DNA of 32,380 bases from Candidatus Omnitrophota bacterium (GTDB lineage Bacteria > Omnitrophota > Gorgyraeia > Gygaellales > Profunditerraquicolaceae), in NCBI GenBank assembly GCA_030691585.1, contig JAUYEC010000160.1, positions 1 through 32,380 on the forward strand, read 5' to 3'. A model generated the notes under the pieces. That model was not told the DNA's origin and searched no databases. It worked only from the letters and a program-made list of their open reading frames with translations. How positions within the stretch are numbered: position 1 is the first letter of the stretch; every line of letters begins with the position of its first letter. This document shows, piece by piece, positions 1 to 6,936 of the stretch. The position numbers and the translations under genes were made by a program.

Positions 1-549
1 CTCTATATCGTTCTTCTTAGCGAGTGTTCCGAACTCTTCCATCTTCGGCAGATCTTCCAGCGATTTCAAACCGAAATATTCCATAAACTGCCTTGTCGTG
101 CCGTAGACGAACGGCCTTCCCGCGACCTTTTTTCTTCCGGAGATACGTATAAGATTTTTTTCAAGCAGGCTCTTAATCACACCGTCGACATTGACGTTCC
201 TTAGCAGTTCGACTTCCAGCTTGGTCAGCGGCTGTTTGTAGGCGATGATCGCCAGGGTCTCGAGTGCTGGCTTTGATAAACTCTGCGCGTTGCGCTCTTT
301 GAATAATTTTTTTAAAAACGGTGAATATCCGGCAAAGGTCGCGATCTGAAAACCGCCGGCGATCTCAGCCAGGCGGATGCCGCGGCCGGATTGCTCATAA
401 TCTCTGCCTAATTCTTCAAGTATGGCGCGGATCTGCGTGGTATCGATACCATCCAGCACTTTCTTGATCTGCTCTAAGGTCAGCGGCTTTTCGCTGGCAA
501 AAAGAAGCGCCTCGATCACCGATCTGGCATTATCCTGCGGTATGTTCAT
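1..549 (-). CDS. scpB: SMC-Scp complex subunit ScpB (3' end runs off the window)
   Basis: Not in the ORF track because it is open at the edge. Manual translation from ATG at 549 gives MNIPQDNARSVIEALLFASEKPLT...LETLAIIAYKQPLTKLEVELLRNVNVDGVIKSLLEKNLI...GRPFVYGTTRQFMEYFGLKSLEDLP, which are ScpB signature motifs. The start overlaps the ruvA stop (ATGA). Confidence 0.93.
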   Translation of the reverse strand, partial: MNIPQDNARSVIEALLFASEKPLTLEQIKKVLDGIDTTQIRAILEELGRDYEQSGRGIRLAEIAGGFQIATFAGYSPFLKKLFKERNAQSLSKPALETLAIIAYKQPLTKLEVELLRNVNVDGVIKSLLEKNLIRISGRKKVAGRPFVYGTTRQFMEYFGLKSLEDLPKMEEFGTLAKKNDIE

Positions 550-1172
550 CTTATCTTCCTTTGCTTATAGACTGCGTTTAGTAATCCTTCCGTGGTTTCA
601 ATTTTTGGGTTCAAGTCCAACGCCTTCTTAATCATGTTCATCGCCTCGGCCTTTTTGTATTCCAACTGCGTCAGAACAGCCAGGGCTTCATCAACGATAT
701 CTTTGAATTCAACCGGAGTGCCTGAAATCTTGCGGTCCTGGATCAAGCCGAATTTACCCACCTTGTTCTGCAGCTTTGCTACGATCTCTTTGGCGCGCTG
801 TTCTCCTATGCCGGGAAGCGAACGCAAAAACGCGGTATCCGCCTCGTCTATGGCCTGGGCGATCAGCGATATCGGCTTATTCAGGGCCTTGAGCGCGGCG
901 CGCGGCCCTATGCCGGAAACAGTGATGAATATTTCAAAGAAATCCTTTTCAATTTTATTTAAGAAACCGATAAGCACCGGAATACTCTTGGTCTGATCAA
1001 CCTGGTGGTAATGAAAAGTGATCAGGCTGATTGAGCCATCCTGGCCTATGCTCTCATCCACGCGCTGCATCACGGTCGTGGGGATAAGCACCTCGTAACA
1101 CATACCGTTTAAGTCAAGGCCAAGGTGATTGTCGCCCCTGTCCACGATTTTTCCGCAAATGCGTGAGATCAT
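546..1172 (-). CDS. ruvA: Holliday junction branch migration protein RuvA
   Basis: MISRICGKI N-terminus, HhH motifs VSGIGPRAAL and LPGIGEQRAKEI, C-terminal EALAVLTQLEY domain III; lies directly after ruvC. Confidence 0.95.
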   Translation of the reverse strand: MISRICGKIVDRGDNHLGLDLNGMCYEVLIPTTVMQRVDESIGQDGSISLITFHYHQVDQTKSIPVLIGFLNKIEKDFFEIFITVSGIGPRAALKALNKPISLIAQAIDEADTAFLRSLPGIGEQRAKEIVAKLQNKVGKFGLIQDRKISGTPVEFKDIVDEALAVLTQLEYKKAEAMNMIKKALDLNPKIETTEGLLNAVYKQRKIR

Positions 1173-1750
1173 ACGGATAAGTCATTGCGAGGAGGCCGCA
1201 GGCCGACGAAGCAATCATGTTTTTGAGATTGCTTCGCTCCCTTCGGTCGCTCGCAATGACGGTTTTCGAAGCGTGTCGCTTTCATAATATAGCTGTGGGC
1301 AATGGCCAGAGCCAATGCGTCGGTCACGTCGTTATAACGGGGTAACTGCTCAAGCCCAAGCAATCCTGCCACCATCCGCTGGACCTGGGCCTTAGAGGCA
1401 AGCCCATTGCCGACGATCGCCTTCTTGACTCTGGTCGCCCCGTATTCTATCAACGGAACTTTTTCTCTGGCACTTGCCAGGCATATTACTCCGCGGGCCT
1501 GGCCCAAAATATACGAAGTAACCGGGTGCCGGTAATGGCTGTAGATCTTTTCCAACACCAGACAAGCCGGCTTTGTATCAATGATCAATTTGCTTATACC
1601 ACGGTATATCTTATCCAGCCGCTGCTCAACTGCCTCATCGGCGGAAGTCTTGATGATCCCGGCCTCCACCAATGTTATCGCGTTATTGCGCACCTGGATG
1701 GCTCCGTAGCCGGTGATCACCAGCGCCGGGTCTATTCCAAGTATGACCAT
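1169..1750 (-). CDS. ruvC: Crossover junction endodeoxyribonuclease RuvC (with repeat-derived C-terminal tail)
   Basis: ILGIDP...GYGAI, LGQARGVI, VKKAIVGNGLASKAQVQRMV, DVTDALALAIAH motifs. Confidence 0.95.
   Translation of the reverse strand: MVILGIDPALVITGYGAIQVRNNAITLVEAGIIKTSADEAVEQRLDKIYRGISKLIIDTKPACLVLEKIYSHYRHPVTSYILGQARGVICLASAREKVPLIEYGATRVKKAIVGNGLASKAQVQRMVAGLLGLEQLPRYNDVTDALALAIAHSYIMKATRFENRHCERPKGAKQSQKHDCFVGLRPPRNDLSV
1181..1260. repeat. Palindromic element (GTCATTGCGAG...GAAGCAATC...GATTGCTTCG...CTCGCAATGAC), copy 1, inside the ruvC 3' end
   Basis: Perfect 11-bp terminal inverted repeat plus an inner CGAAGCAATC/GATTGCTTCG stem; related copy at 16784-16876. Confidence 0.9.
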
Positions 1751-1753
1751 TTT

Positions 1754-2518
1754 TTATTCCGAGTCAGACTCGGCTGCTATTTGGTCCATTATTTCGTCGG
1801 GTATGTCAAAGTTGGCATAGACCTGCTCGACGTCATCGTGCTCTTCCAATGCCTCGATCATGCTCAAAAGCTGTTTGGCTTCGTTACCGGCGAGCTTAAT
1901 CGTAGAAGACGGCACCATGGTCAACTCCGCGTCCAGGCACTTGATACCCTTGCCGTCAATGGCCTGTTTTACTTTGTCAAAATCCGCGGGAGCGGTGAAG
2001 ATCTCGTAATTTTTTTCATCGGATTTAAAATCTTCGGCGCCGGCGTCCAGGGCGATGGTCATCAATTCATCCTCTTTGGCCTGACTTTTTTCAATGAGAA
2101 AATAACCTTTTTTGTTAAACATCCAGCTTACCGAACCAGCCCCGGCCATATTCCCGCCTTTTTTGGACATGATATTGCGGATTTCCGCGGTAGTGCGGTT
2201 TTTATTGTCGGTCAGAGTCTCAATAAGGATGGCAACCCCTCCGGTGCCATAGGCCTCAAACATGGCTTCCTCGTAAATTATACCGGGGATCTCTCCTGTT
2301 CCACGCTTGATCGCCATTTTAACGTTATCCGAAGGCATATTCGCTTCACGCGCCTTGGCAATGACCGCGCGCAGTTTTGGATTAGTATCCGGATTACCGC
2401 CGCCTTCGCGGGCGATGATAACTAACTCCTTGATCAATCTTGTGAAGGTGGCTCCTCTTTTGGCATCCGCCACCATTTTTTTGCCTTTATTCGTCTTCCA
2501 TTTAGAATGGCCTGACAT
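1754..2518 (-). CDS. yebC: YebC/PmpR family protein
   Basis: MSGHSKW start, GGNPDTNPKLR, TDNKNRT, GSVSWMF, LEEHDDVEQVYANF; canonical yebC-ruvC-ruvA order. Confidence 0.95.
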   Translation of the reverse strand: MSGHSKWKTNKGKKMVADAKRGATFTRLIKELVIIAREGGGNPDTNPKLRAVIAKAREANMPSDNVKMAIKRGTGEIPGIIYEEAMFEAYGTGGVAILIETLTDNKNRTTAEIRNIMSKKGGNMAGAGSVSWMFNKKGYFLIEKSQAKEDELMTIALDAGAEDFKSDEKNYEIFTAPADFDKVKQAIDGKGIKCLDAELTMVPSSTIKLAGNEAKQLLSMIEALEEHDDVEQVYANFDIPDEIMDQIAAESDSE

Positions 2519-2549
2519 AGTTCCTCCGTGTGATTGCGATACAGGTTAT

Positions 2550-2578
2550 GTAGGGACAGGTTTCAAACCTGTCCCTAC
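2550..2578. repeat. GTAG-type REP-like palindrome GTAGGGACAGGTTTCAAACCTGTCCCTAC, copy 1
   Basis: 29-bp palindrome with 14-bp arms; identical copy at 3105-3133. Confidence 0.9.
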
Positions 2579-2601
2579 CAAACATTATTACAATTAATAC
2601 A

Positions 2602-3094
2602 GGAACAGGCAGAATAAGCCGGGTTCTGTCTCGGTTGCGAATAACCGCTACCTAAAGCAGCCATTTCTCTCGACCCCTGTATTACTACAGGGGCTCTAGC
2701 AGTCGACCCTCCCGTCCATCCTTGTTTCCAAGGATTTAAAGTGGACCACTTTTATCCCTACCTTTAGGGTAGGATGGCCGGGACTATTGGACCTTGCTCC
2801 GCGTAGAGATTGCCGCGTTTCACCCCTCGACTCGCGTCGCTCGCTCGGGGTTTTACCCCCGCTCGAGGAAGTACCGAATCAAGGACTCGTCTCTGTGGCT
2901 CTCCCGACGACCTCGCTTTCGCTCGGTGTCGGGATCCCGACTTCCGACGCTCACTTTCGTTCGGTCGGAACGTCGGGATGGATCCTATTGCAGTGCAAGC
3001 ACCACAACGATGGGCGTTACCCATTACGCTGTCCTCTGGAGCCCGGACTTTCCTCTCCGACGATACGTCGAAGCAGCTGCCTTCTGCCTGTCCC
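2602..3094 (-). ncRNA. rnpB: RNase P RNA (~493 nt, with extra helices)
   Basis: Minus strand has GAGGAAAGTCCGGGCTCC near the 5' end, GCCACAGA, GGTGAAACG, GGAGCAAG, and ACAGAACCCGGCTTA near the 3' end. P1 is GGGACAGGCAGAA/TTCTGCCTGTTCC. Confidence 0.95.
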
Positions 3095-3104
3095 GTAACT
3101 TTCT

Positions 3105-3133
3105 GTAGGGACAGGTTTCAAACCTGTCCCTAC
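3105..3133. repeat. GTAG-type REP-like palindrome, copy 2 (overlaps the RNase H stop codon)
   Basis: Identical to 2550-2578. Confidence 0.9.
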
Positions 3134-3546
3134 TTTCTAGCCTTTGCTTCCTTTACAGCCCTGGTTGCCAACTTATCGGCGCCGATGTTCTGTTCGCGCG
3201 GAATGTGCCTGATCGAAACTTCCCCGATGGCCGACATCAAATGCAGGGCCTGATTATACAAAACGGAAATATCCGGATTTCGGACTTTATAGATTTTTTT
3301 TATCTGGCGATAAAGAAGTTCGCTGTCAGTGCTGATCGCAATTGAGCCGGCCTTTAAGATCAAGGCCTCCTGCAGAGCATAGATCAAAGCGGTGTATTCG
3401 GCAATATTATTGGTCGCCCGGCCGATATATTCGGAAATATTTTTGATGACGCGGCCGTCGGAACAGATCACTACGCCCACGCCTGCCGGGCCCGGGTTGC
3501 CGCTGGAGGCCCCGTCAATATAAGCCTCAAGCCTGGCTGTCGACAT
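3130..3546 (-). CDS. rnhA: Ribonuclease HI family protein
   Basis: YIDGASSGNPGPAGVG, TNNIAEYTAL, TDSELL, HIPREQNIGADKLA motifs. Start moved to the ATG at 3546 (MSTARL) to minimise overlap with the upstream gene. Confidence 0.9.
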   Translation of the reverse strand: MSTARLEAYIDGASSGNPGPAGVGVVICSDGRVIKNISEYIGRATNNIAEYTALIYALQEALILKAGSIAISTDSELLYRQIKKIYKVRNPDISVLYNQALHLMSAIGEVSIRHIPREQNIGADKLATRAVKEAKARK

Positions 3547-4252
3547 ACAATATCCGGTTACAGACCTCGCAGGTAATAATGTGTTCATACATCTTTATCA
3601 GGTTGATTGTCTGCGGCGGAACGTGCATATTACAACCCTTACAGGAATCATCTTTAACAACCGCGATAGCCAGGCCGTCGCGGCTGGAGAGGATCTTTTC
3701 ATACTGGAACAATATCTTGGGACTAATGCCGACGCTAGCCTGGTTCCTCTGCGCCTCAAGAACACTCAAGCGTTCATCTATCTCTTTTATCCTGGCTTCT
3801 ATTTTATTCTTCTGCCCGGCAAATACTTTTTCTTCTTCTTTGAGCCTGGCCTTTTCCGCTTCCGTCTCCGCCTTGATCTTATCGCCTTCCTCAAAAAGCC
3901 CGAGGATCTTGTCTTCTATAACCGAGGCGTCGGCCTTGCCGTCCTGGATCTGTTTGAGCATTGTCTGGTATTCATTGTTGGTCTTGAGCGAATAAAGCTG
4001 GCTCTGCAGTTTTTTGTTGGCTTCTTCTTTGGTGCCTAATTCCAGTTCTTTTTCTTTTCTTTGTTTTTGCGCGTCCAGCAATTTCTTTTCCAGCGCTGCC
4101 AGGCTCTGCTTCTTTTCCTCAAAAGCCGCGTCTATGGCTTGGATCTCCTGCGGTAAAGCGTACTTTTCGGCTTTTAAGACATAGATCTCGCTGTCTATTG
4201 CCTGAAGACCTATCAGGCTGGTTAACTGTGATTTCAAATCGATAGTTTCCAA
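3527..4252 (-). CDS. C4-type zinc ribbon / coiled-coil protein (DUF164/COG1579-like)
   Basis: LQAIDSEI N-terminus, long coiled coil, C-terminal CKGC...CEVCNRILY. Confidence 0.9.
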   Translation of the reverse strand: METIDLKSQLTSLIGLQAIDSEIYVLKAEKYALPQEIQAIDAAFEEKKQSLAALEKKLLDAQKQRKEKELELGTKEEANKKLQSQLYSLKTNNEYQTMLKQIQDGKADASVIEDKILGLFEEGDKIKAETEAEKARLKEEEKVFAGQKNKIEARIKEIDERLSVLEAQRNQASVGISPKILFQYEKILSSRDGLAIAVVKDDSCKGCNMHVPPQTINLIKMYEHIITCEVCNRILYVDSQA

Positions 4253-4273
4253 ATATAACTCCTTCTAGAAAAA

Positions 4274-4437
4274 TGGGCATTAGAGGACTTGGACCTCTGA
4301 CCTCTACAATGTGAATGTAGCGTCCTCCTTCGCCCTGGAACGATAAGAAAAATGATAATTACGGGCTTCGGAGGACCCTGCGAAGCTCCAACGGAATTTT
4401 TTATACCATTTCTTTGGAGCGTAGCAGGGCTCTAACC
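4274..4437 (-). pseudogene. Partial tRNA-Val(CAC) duplicate interrupted by two hairpin elements
   Basis: 4274-4322 matches the anticodon arm, T-arm and 3' end of the tRNA at 4459-4532. 4430-4437 (CTCTAACC) continues the D-arm after a 107-bp insert. No 5' acceptor strand is present. Confidence 0.8.
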
Positions 4438-4458
4438 CTCACTACCAGTATTATCAAA

Positions 4459-4532
4459 TGGGCGCAATAGGACTTGAACCTATGACCTCTACAATGTGAA
4501 TGTAGCGCTCTAACCAGCTGAGCTATGCGCCC
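4459..4532 (-). tRNA. tRNA-Val (anticodon CAC)
   Basis: GGGCGCATAGCTCAGCTGGTTAGAGCGCTACATTCACATTGTAGAGGTCATAGGTTCAAGTCCTATTGCGCCCA folds as a cloverleaf; CCA not encoded. Confidence 0.95.
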
Positions 4533-4538
4533 GACACC

Positions 4539-4568
4539 TGGGCCCACAGGGACTCGAACCCCCGACCA
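4539..4568 (-). repeat. Duplicate of the 3' 30 nt of tRNA-Ile2 (att-like)
   Basis: TGGGCCCACAGGGACTCGAACCCCCGACCA matches 4707-4736 with one mismatch. Confidence 0.85.
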
Positions 4569-4706
4569 GTCGCTCCTGCGTCGCTTGCCAAAGGGGCTCT
4601 GCCCCTATGGCGCTCGGCCGAAACTTCGGCCTCGCTGTTACCCCGAACCCGCGGGGAAAGTTTTTCCCCGCACCCCTTTTTGGTCCGGGCGACGCGTTAT
4701 TTTATT

Positions 4707-4780
4707 TGGGCCCACAGGGACTCGAACCCCGGACCAAGTGATTATGAGTCACCTGCTCTGACCGACTGAGCTATGGGCCC
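4707..4780 (-). tRNA. tRNA-Ile2 (anticodon CAT, lysidine type)
   Basis: GGGCCCATAGCTCAGTCGGTCAGAGCAGGTGACTCATAATCACTTGGTCCGGGGTTCGAGTCCCTGTGGGCCCA. The body (AGAGCAG..GACTCATAAT..TTGGTC) resembles ileX-type tRNAs and lacks initiator features. Confidence 0.88.
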
Positions 4781-5914
4781 CGAATATCCAACCTCTCTAC
4801 TTTCAATAACTTCTGATAAACTCAAATTTAAGTTATTTTCAGGATTTACCATTTCCTGCATATTTCCTGCATATTTAGGCGTAGATTTTTGTAAGTTTTG
4901 CCCTAAAATATCAACTGCGCGCTTCTTATGATCCGGAGATAAGTGACTATATCTTAGCGTCATCTGTATTGATTTATGCCCAAGTAATTCCCGCACCGTA
5001 TTTAGATCAACTCCGCACATTACCAATTGCGATGCAAAGGTATGCCGCAAGTCGTGAAAATGAAAATTTATAATACCAGAATTTGTCAAGGCGGTCAAGA
5101 AGCTTTTCTTGATATCTCCGAACGGCTCACCAGTTGTATTGCAAAAAATATAAGGACTTTGAGGGTGCTTTCTCACCTTAATTAAGGTAGTCCTGACTTC
5201 CGAATTCATGGGTACTTCTCTTTTTTCGCCATTCTTTGTATCATGAAGATAAATTATATCCCGCCTAAAATCAAAATCATGCCATTTTAGTTTTAGTATT
5301 TCGCTTTTGCGCATACCTGTGTTGAGAGCGACTATTACGATCGGCTTCAGGTAATTATGACAATTGGCTAATAACGTCTCGATTTCTTCTTTTTCAAGAT
5401 AACGTAGACGTTGATTATTTTCCCTGAATAATTTTACCTGTTTGACAGGATTATCTTGCGCCATTTTCCATTCAATCGCACGGTTAAATAGAGATTTCAA
5501 ACAAGCCAAATCCCTATTTATCGTTGCAGGAGCTATGCTTTTATTTTTTTGAACCCTTTTGATTCTTTCCGATTTATACTTCTCGATATCTAAAGGGGTT
5601 ATTTCGTGCAAATGTTTCCCAGAAAAATATTTTTTCAAGTTATTTATCTTCTTCTCATCAGATGTTTTCCAAGTTTTATTATTCGGTTTACAATGAAACT
5701 CCAAATACTGATCAGCGAAATCTTCGAACTTTATCTTTTCTTCTTTTTTAACATCAAGATATCTATTCTCGGCAATTTCGGTTAATCTTTTGTGCAAAAC
5801 CTTCTCGGCCAATTTCTTATCTTTGCCGATAGTTTCGGTCTTCCTTCTGCCATTAACAGAATAAACAATATAATAGGTTGTTCCTTTTTTACCTTTATAT
5901 TCGTATACCGGCAT
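4742..5914 (-). CDS. Phage-type tyrosine recombinase/integrase
   Basis: Catalytic R (TGMRKSEI), HxxR (HDLRHTFAS), H (LLGH) and Y (RYSH) are all intact; N-terminal arm-binding-like and SAM-like segments. The last 12 sense codons and the stop lie in the tRNA. Confidence 0.95.
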   Translation of the reverse strand: MPVYEYKGKKGTTYYIVYSVNGRRKTETIGKDKKLAEKVLHKRLTEIAENRYLDVKKEEKIKFEDFADQYLEFHCKPNNKTWKTSDEKKINNLKKYFSGKHLHEITPLDIEKYKSERIKRVQKNKSIAPATINRDLACLKSLFNRAIEWKMAQDNPVKQVKLFRENNQRLRYLEKEEIETLLANCHNYLKPIVIVALNTGMRKSEILKLKWHDFDFRRDIIYLHDTKNGEKREVPMNSEVRTTLIKVRKHPQSPYIFCNTTGEPFGDIKKSFLTALTNSGIINFHFHDLRHTFASQLVMCGVDLNTVRELLGHKSIQMTLRYSHLSPDHKKRAVDILGQNLQKSTPKYAGNMQEMVNPENNLNLSLSEVIESREVGYSGPIAQSVRAGDS

Positions 5915-5916
5915 AG

Positions 5917-6108
5917 CTATTTTCCATTTTTATTTTTATTATAAATTTCAAGCAATTTAGTTATTTCTTTTAAGGCTAATTTGGAGGGCCTAGAATGCCC
6001 TCTTTCCCATCTATTAACCGTACAGAAAGCAACTCCTATTTTTTCGGCAAATTCTTCTTGGGTTAATTTTAGTTTTTCGCGGATAACTCTTGTATCAATT
6101 TTTTCCAT
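5917..6108 (-). CDS. XRE-family HTH transcriptional regulator (63 aa)
   Basis: IREKLKLTQEEFAEKIGVAFCTVNRWERG is an HTH_3 pattern. The track's TTG start at 6144 is the -35 box, so the ATG at 6108 is preferred. Confidence 0.9.
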   Translation of the reverse strand: MEKIDTRVIREKLKLTQEEFAEKIGVAFCTVNRWERGHSRPSKLALKEITKLLEIYNKNKNGK

Positions 6109-6115
6109 GGTTATG

Positions 6116-6144
6116 AATATAGCATACGCTATATTATATGTCAA
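6116..6144 (-). promoter_or_regulatory. Sigma70 promoter with overlapping palindromic operator
   Basis: TTGACA-17 bp-TATATT with extended -10 TG; palindrome AATATAGC-N4-GCTATATT at 6116-6135. Confidence 0.8.
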
Positions 6145-6163
6145 GGCTTTTAATTCTTAATTA

Positions 6164-6352
6164 TTAATAACTGTCAATGCTTTTAATTTCATCCTCTCTA
6201 AACCAAGCATCTATTTTTTCTTTGTCGAACCTAACTAGCCTGCTTTTTTTAATAAAAGGGACCTTTCTCTGACGGATCCATAAATAAATTGTAAAAACAC
6301 TTAGACCAGTGTAAGCTGATAATTCTTTTGGCGATAAATATCTTTTTTCCAT
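6164..6352 (-). CDS. Excisionase-like HTH_17 DNA-binding protein
   Basis: YLSPKELSAYTGLSVFTIYLWIRQRKVPFIK..RLVRFDKEKIDAW pattern; located near the integrase. Confidence 0.85.
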   Translation of the reverse strand: MEKRYLSPKELSAYTGLSVFTIYLWIRQRKVPFIKKSRLVRFDKEKIDAWFREDEIKSIDSY

Positions 6353-6460
6353 AGGGTATTTATTTTTTTATTAATTTCTTAATTAACATCAAGTAATCTT
6401 TTAGCGTTAAAATTACAAATCATTCTTTTCCTGACTCTTCGCCGAAAAGAATTAAATGAC

Positions 6461-6593
6461 TTATCCACAGTATCCACAGCCTTTATTTACTACTACTGTT
6501 TCTTTATAATGTTTCTTTGTATTATGGCAGGTGGTCTACAGGCCACTATTTTCCGGTGGTCTGCTGACCACTACCCAGTGGTCTGGAGTCTCT
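6461..6593. promoter_or_regulatory. Putative replication origin: DnaA boxes, AT-rich tract, palindromic iterons
   Basis: TTATCCACA (6461-6469) and GTATCCACA (6470-6478); AT-rich 6481-6525; three GTGGTC-N4-GACCAC-like repeats starting at 6531, 6556 and 6578. Confidence 0.65.
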
Positions 6594-6929
6594 TACATGT
6601 GAAGTTTTCCACAACTGCCATGACGTGTATTCTTTGTTTAAACCGATCCTATTTTCCCATCCTGTCTTGTCTTTAAACAACACATTATCTAAAATCAGCT
6701 TATTAATCCTTCTTTTAATGTAACGAATATCTATTCTTAATTTTCTAGCTACTGAACCATAGCTTATAAAAGATTTGCTTGTTTTCCAGCCGTAAGTCCT
6801 CCTGATGACTAACAGAATGATTCTTAATTCCGCGCAGGTAAAGGGATATTCGATTATGGCCTCAAATAGCTCGTTAGCTATTCTGGTATATCCGTTTTCT
6901 AATTGAGGATTCGACTTGAGGTCATTCAT
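6546..6929 (-). CDS. Phage replication initiator, lambda O-like N-terminal domain (short, possibly truncated)
   Basis: PQLENGYTRIANELFEA...ELRIILLVIRRTYGW...IGLNKEYTSW is characteristic of the Phage_rep_O N-terminus. ATG at 6929 is preferred over TTG at 6938. Confidence 0.82.
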   Translation of the reverse strand: MNDLKSNPQLENGYTRIANELFEAIIEYPFTCAELRIILLVIRRTYGWKTSKSFISYGSVARKLRIDIRYIKRRINKLILDNVLFKDKTGWENRIGLNKEYTSWQLWKTSHVRDSRPLGSGQQTTGK

Positions 6930-6936
6930 GGCAAAC

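Noticed and set aside
1526-2425. 299-aa plus-strand ORF
   Set aside because: Antisense shadow of ruvC/yebC with no recognisable motifs.
2764-3253. Four short ORFs on both strands
   Set aside because: They overlap the RNase P RNA; GC-rich structured RNA yields spurious ORFs.
4274-4437. Intron-containing functional tRNA-Val
   Set aside because: No 5' acceptor strand or complete D-stem is present, the T-loop is mutated (GTCC), and the insert lacks group I intron or BHB features.
4525-4761. 78-aa plus-strand ORF with repeated GPTGTRTPDQ
   Set aside because: The peptide repeat is just the antisense of the tRNA 3'-end duplication.
4707-4780. Calling the CAT tRNA tRNA-Met or fMet
   Set aside because: It has a paired G1-C72, no triple G-C anticodon stem, and an ileX-like body, so Ile2 is more likely; tRNAscan-SE isotype models would settle this.
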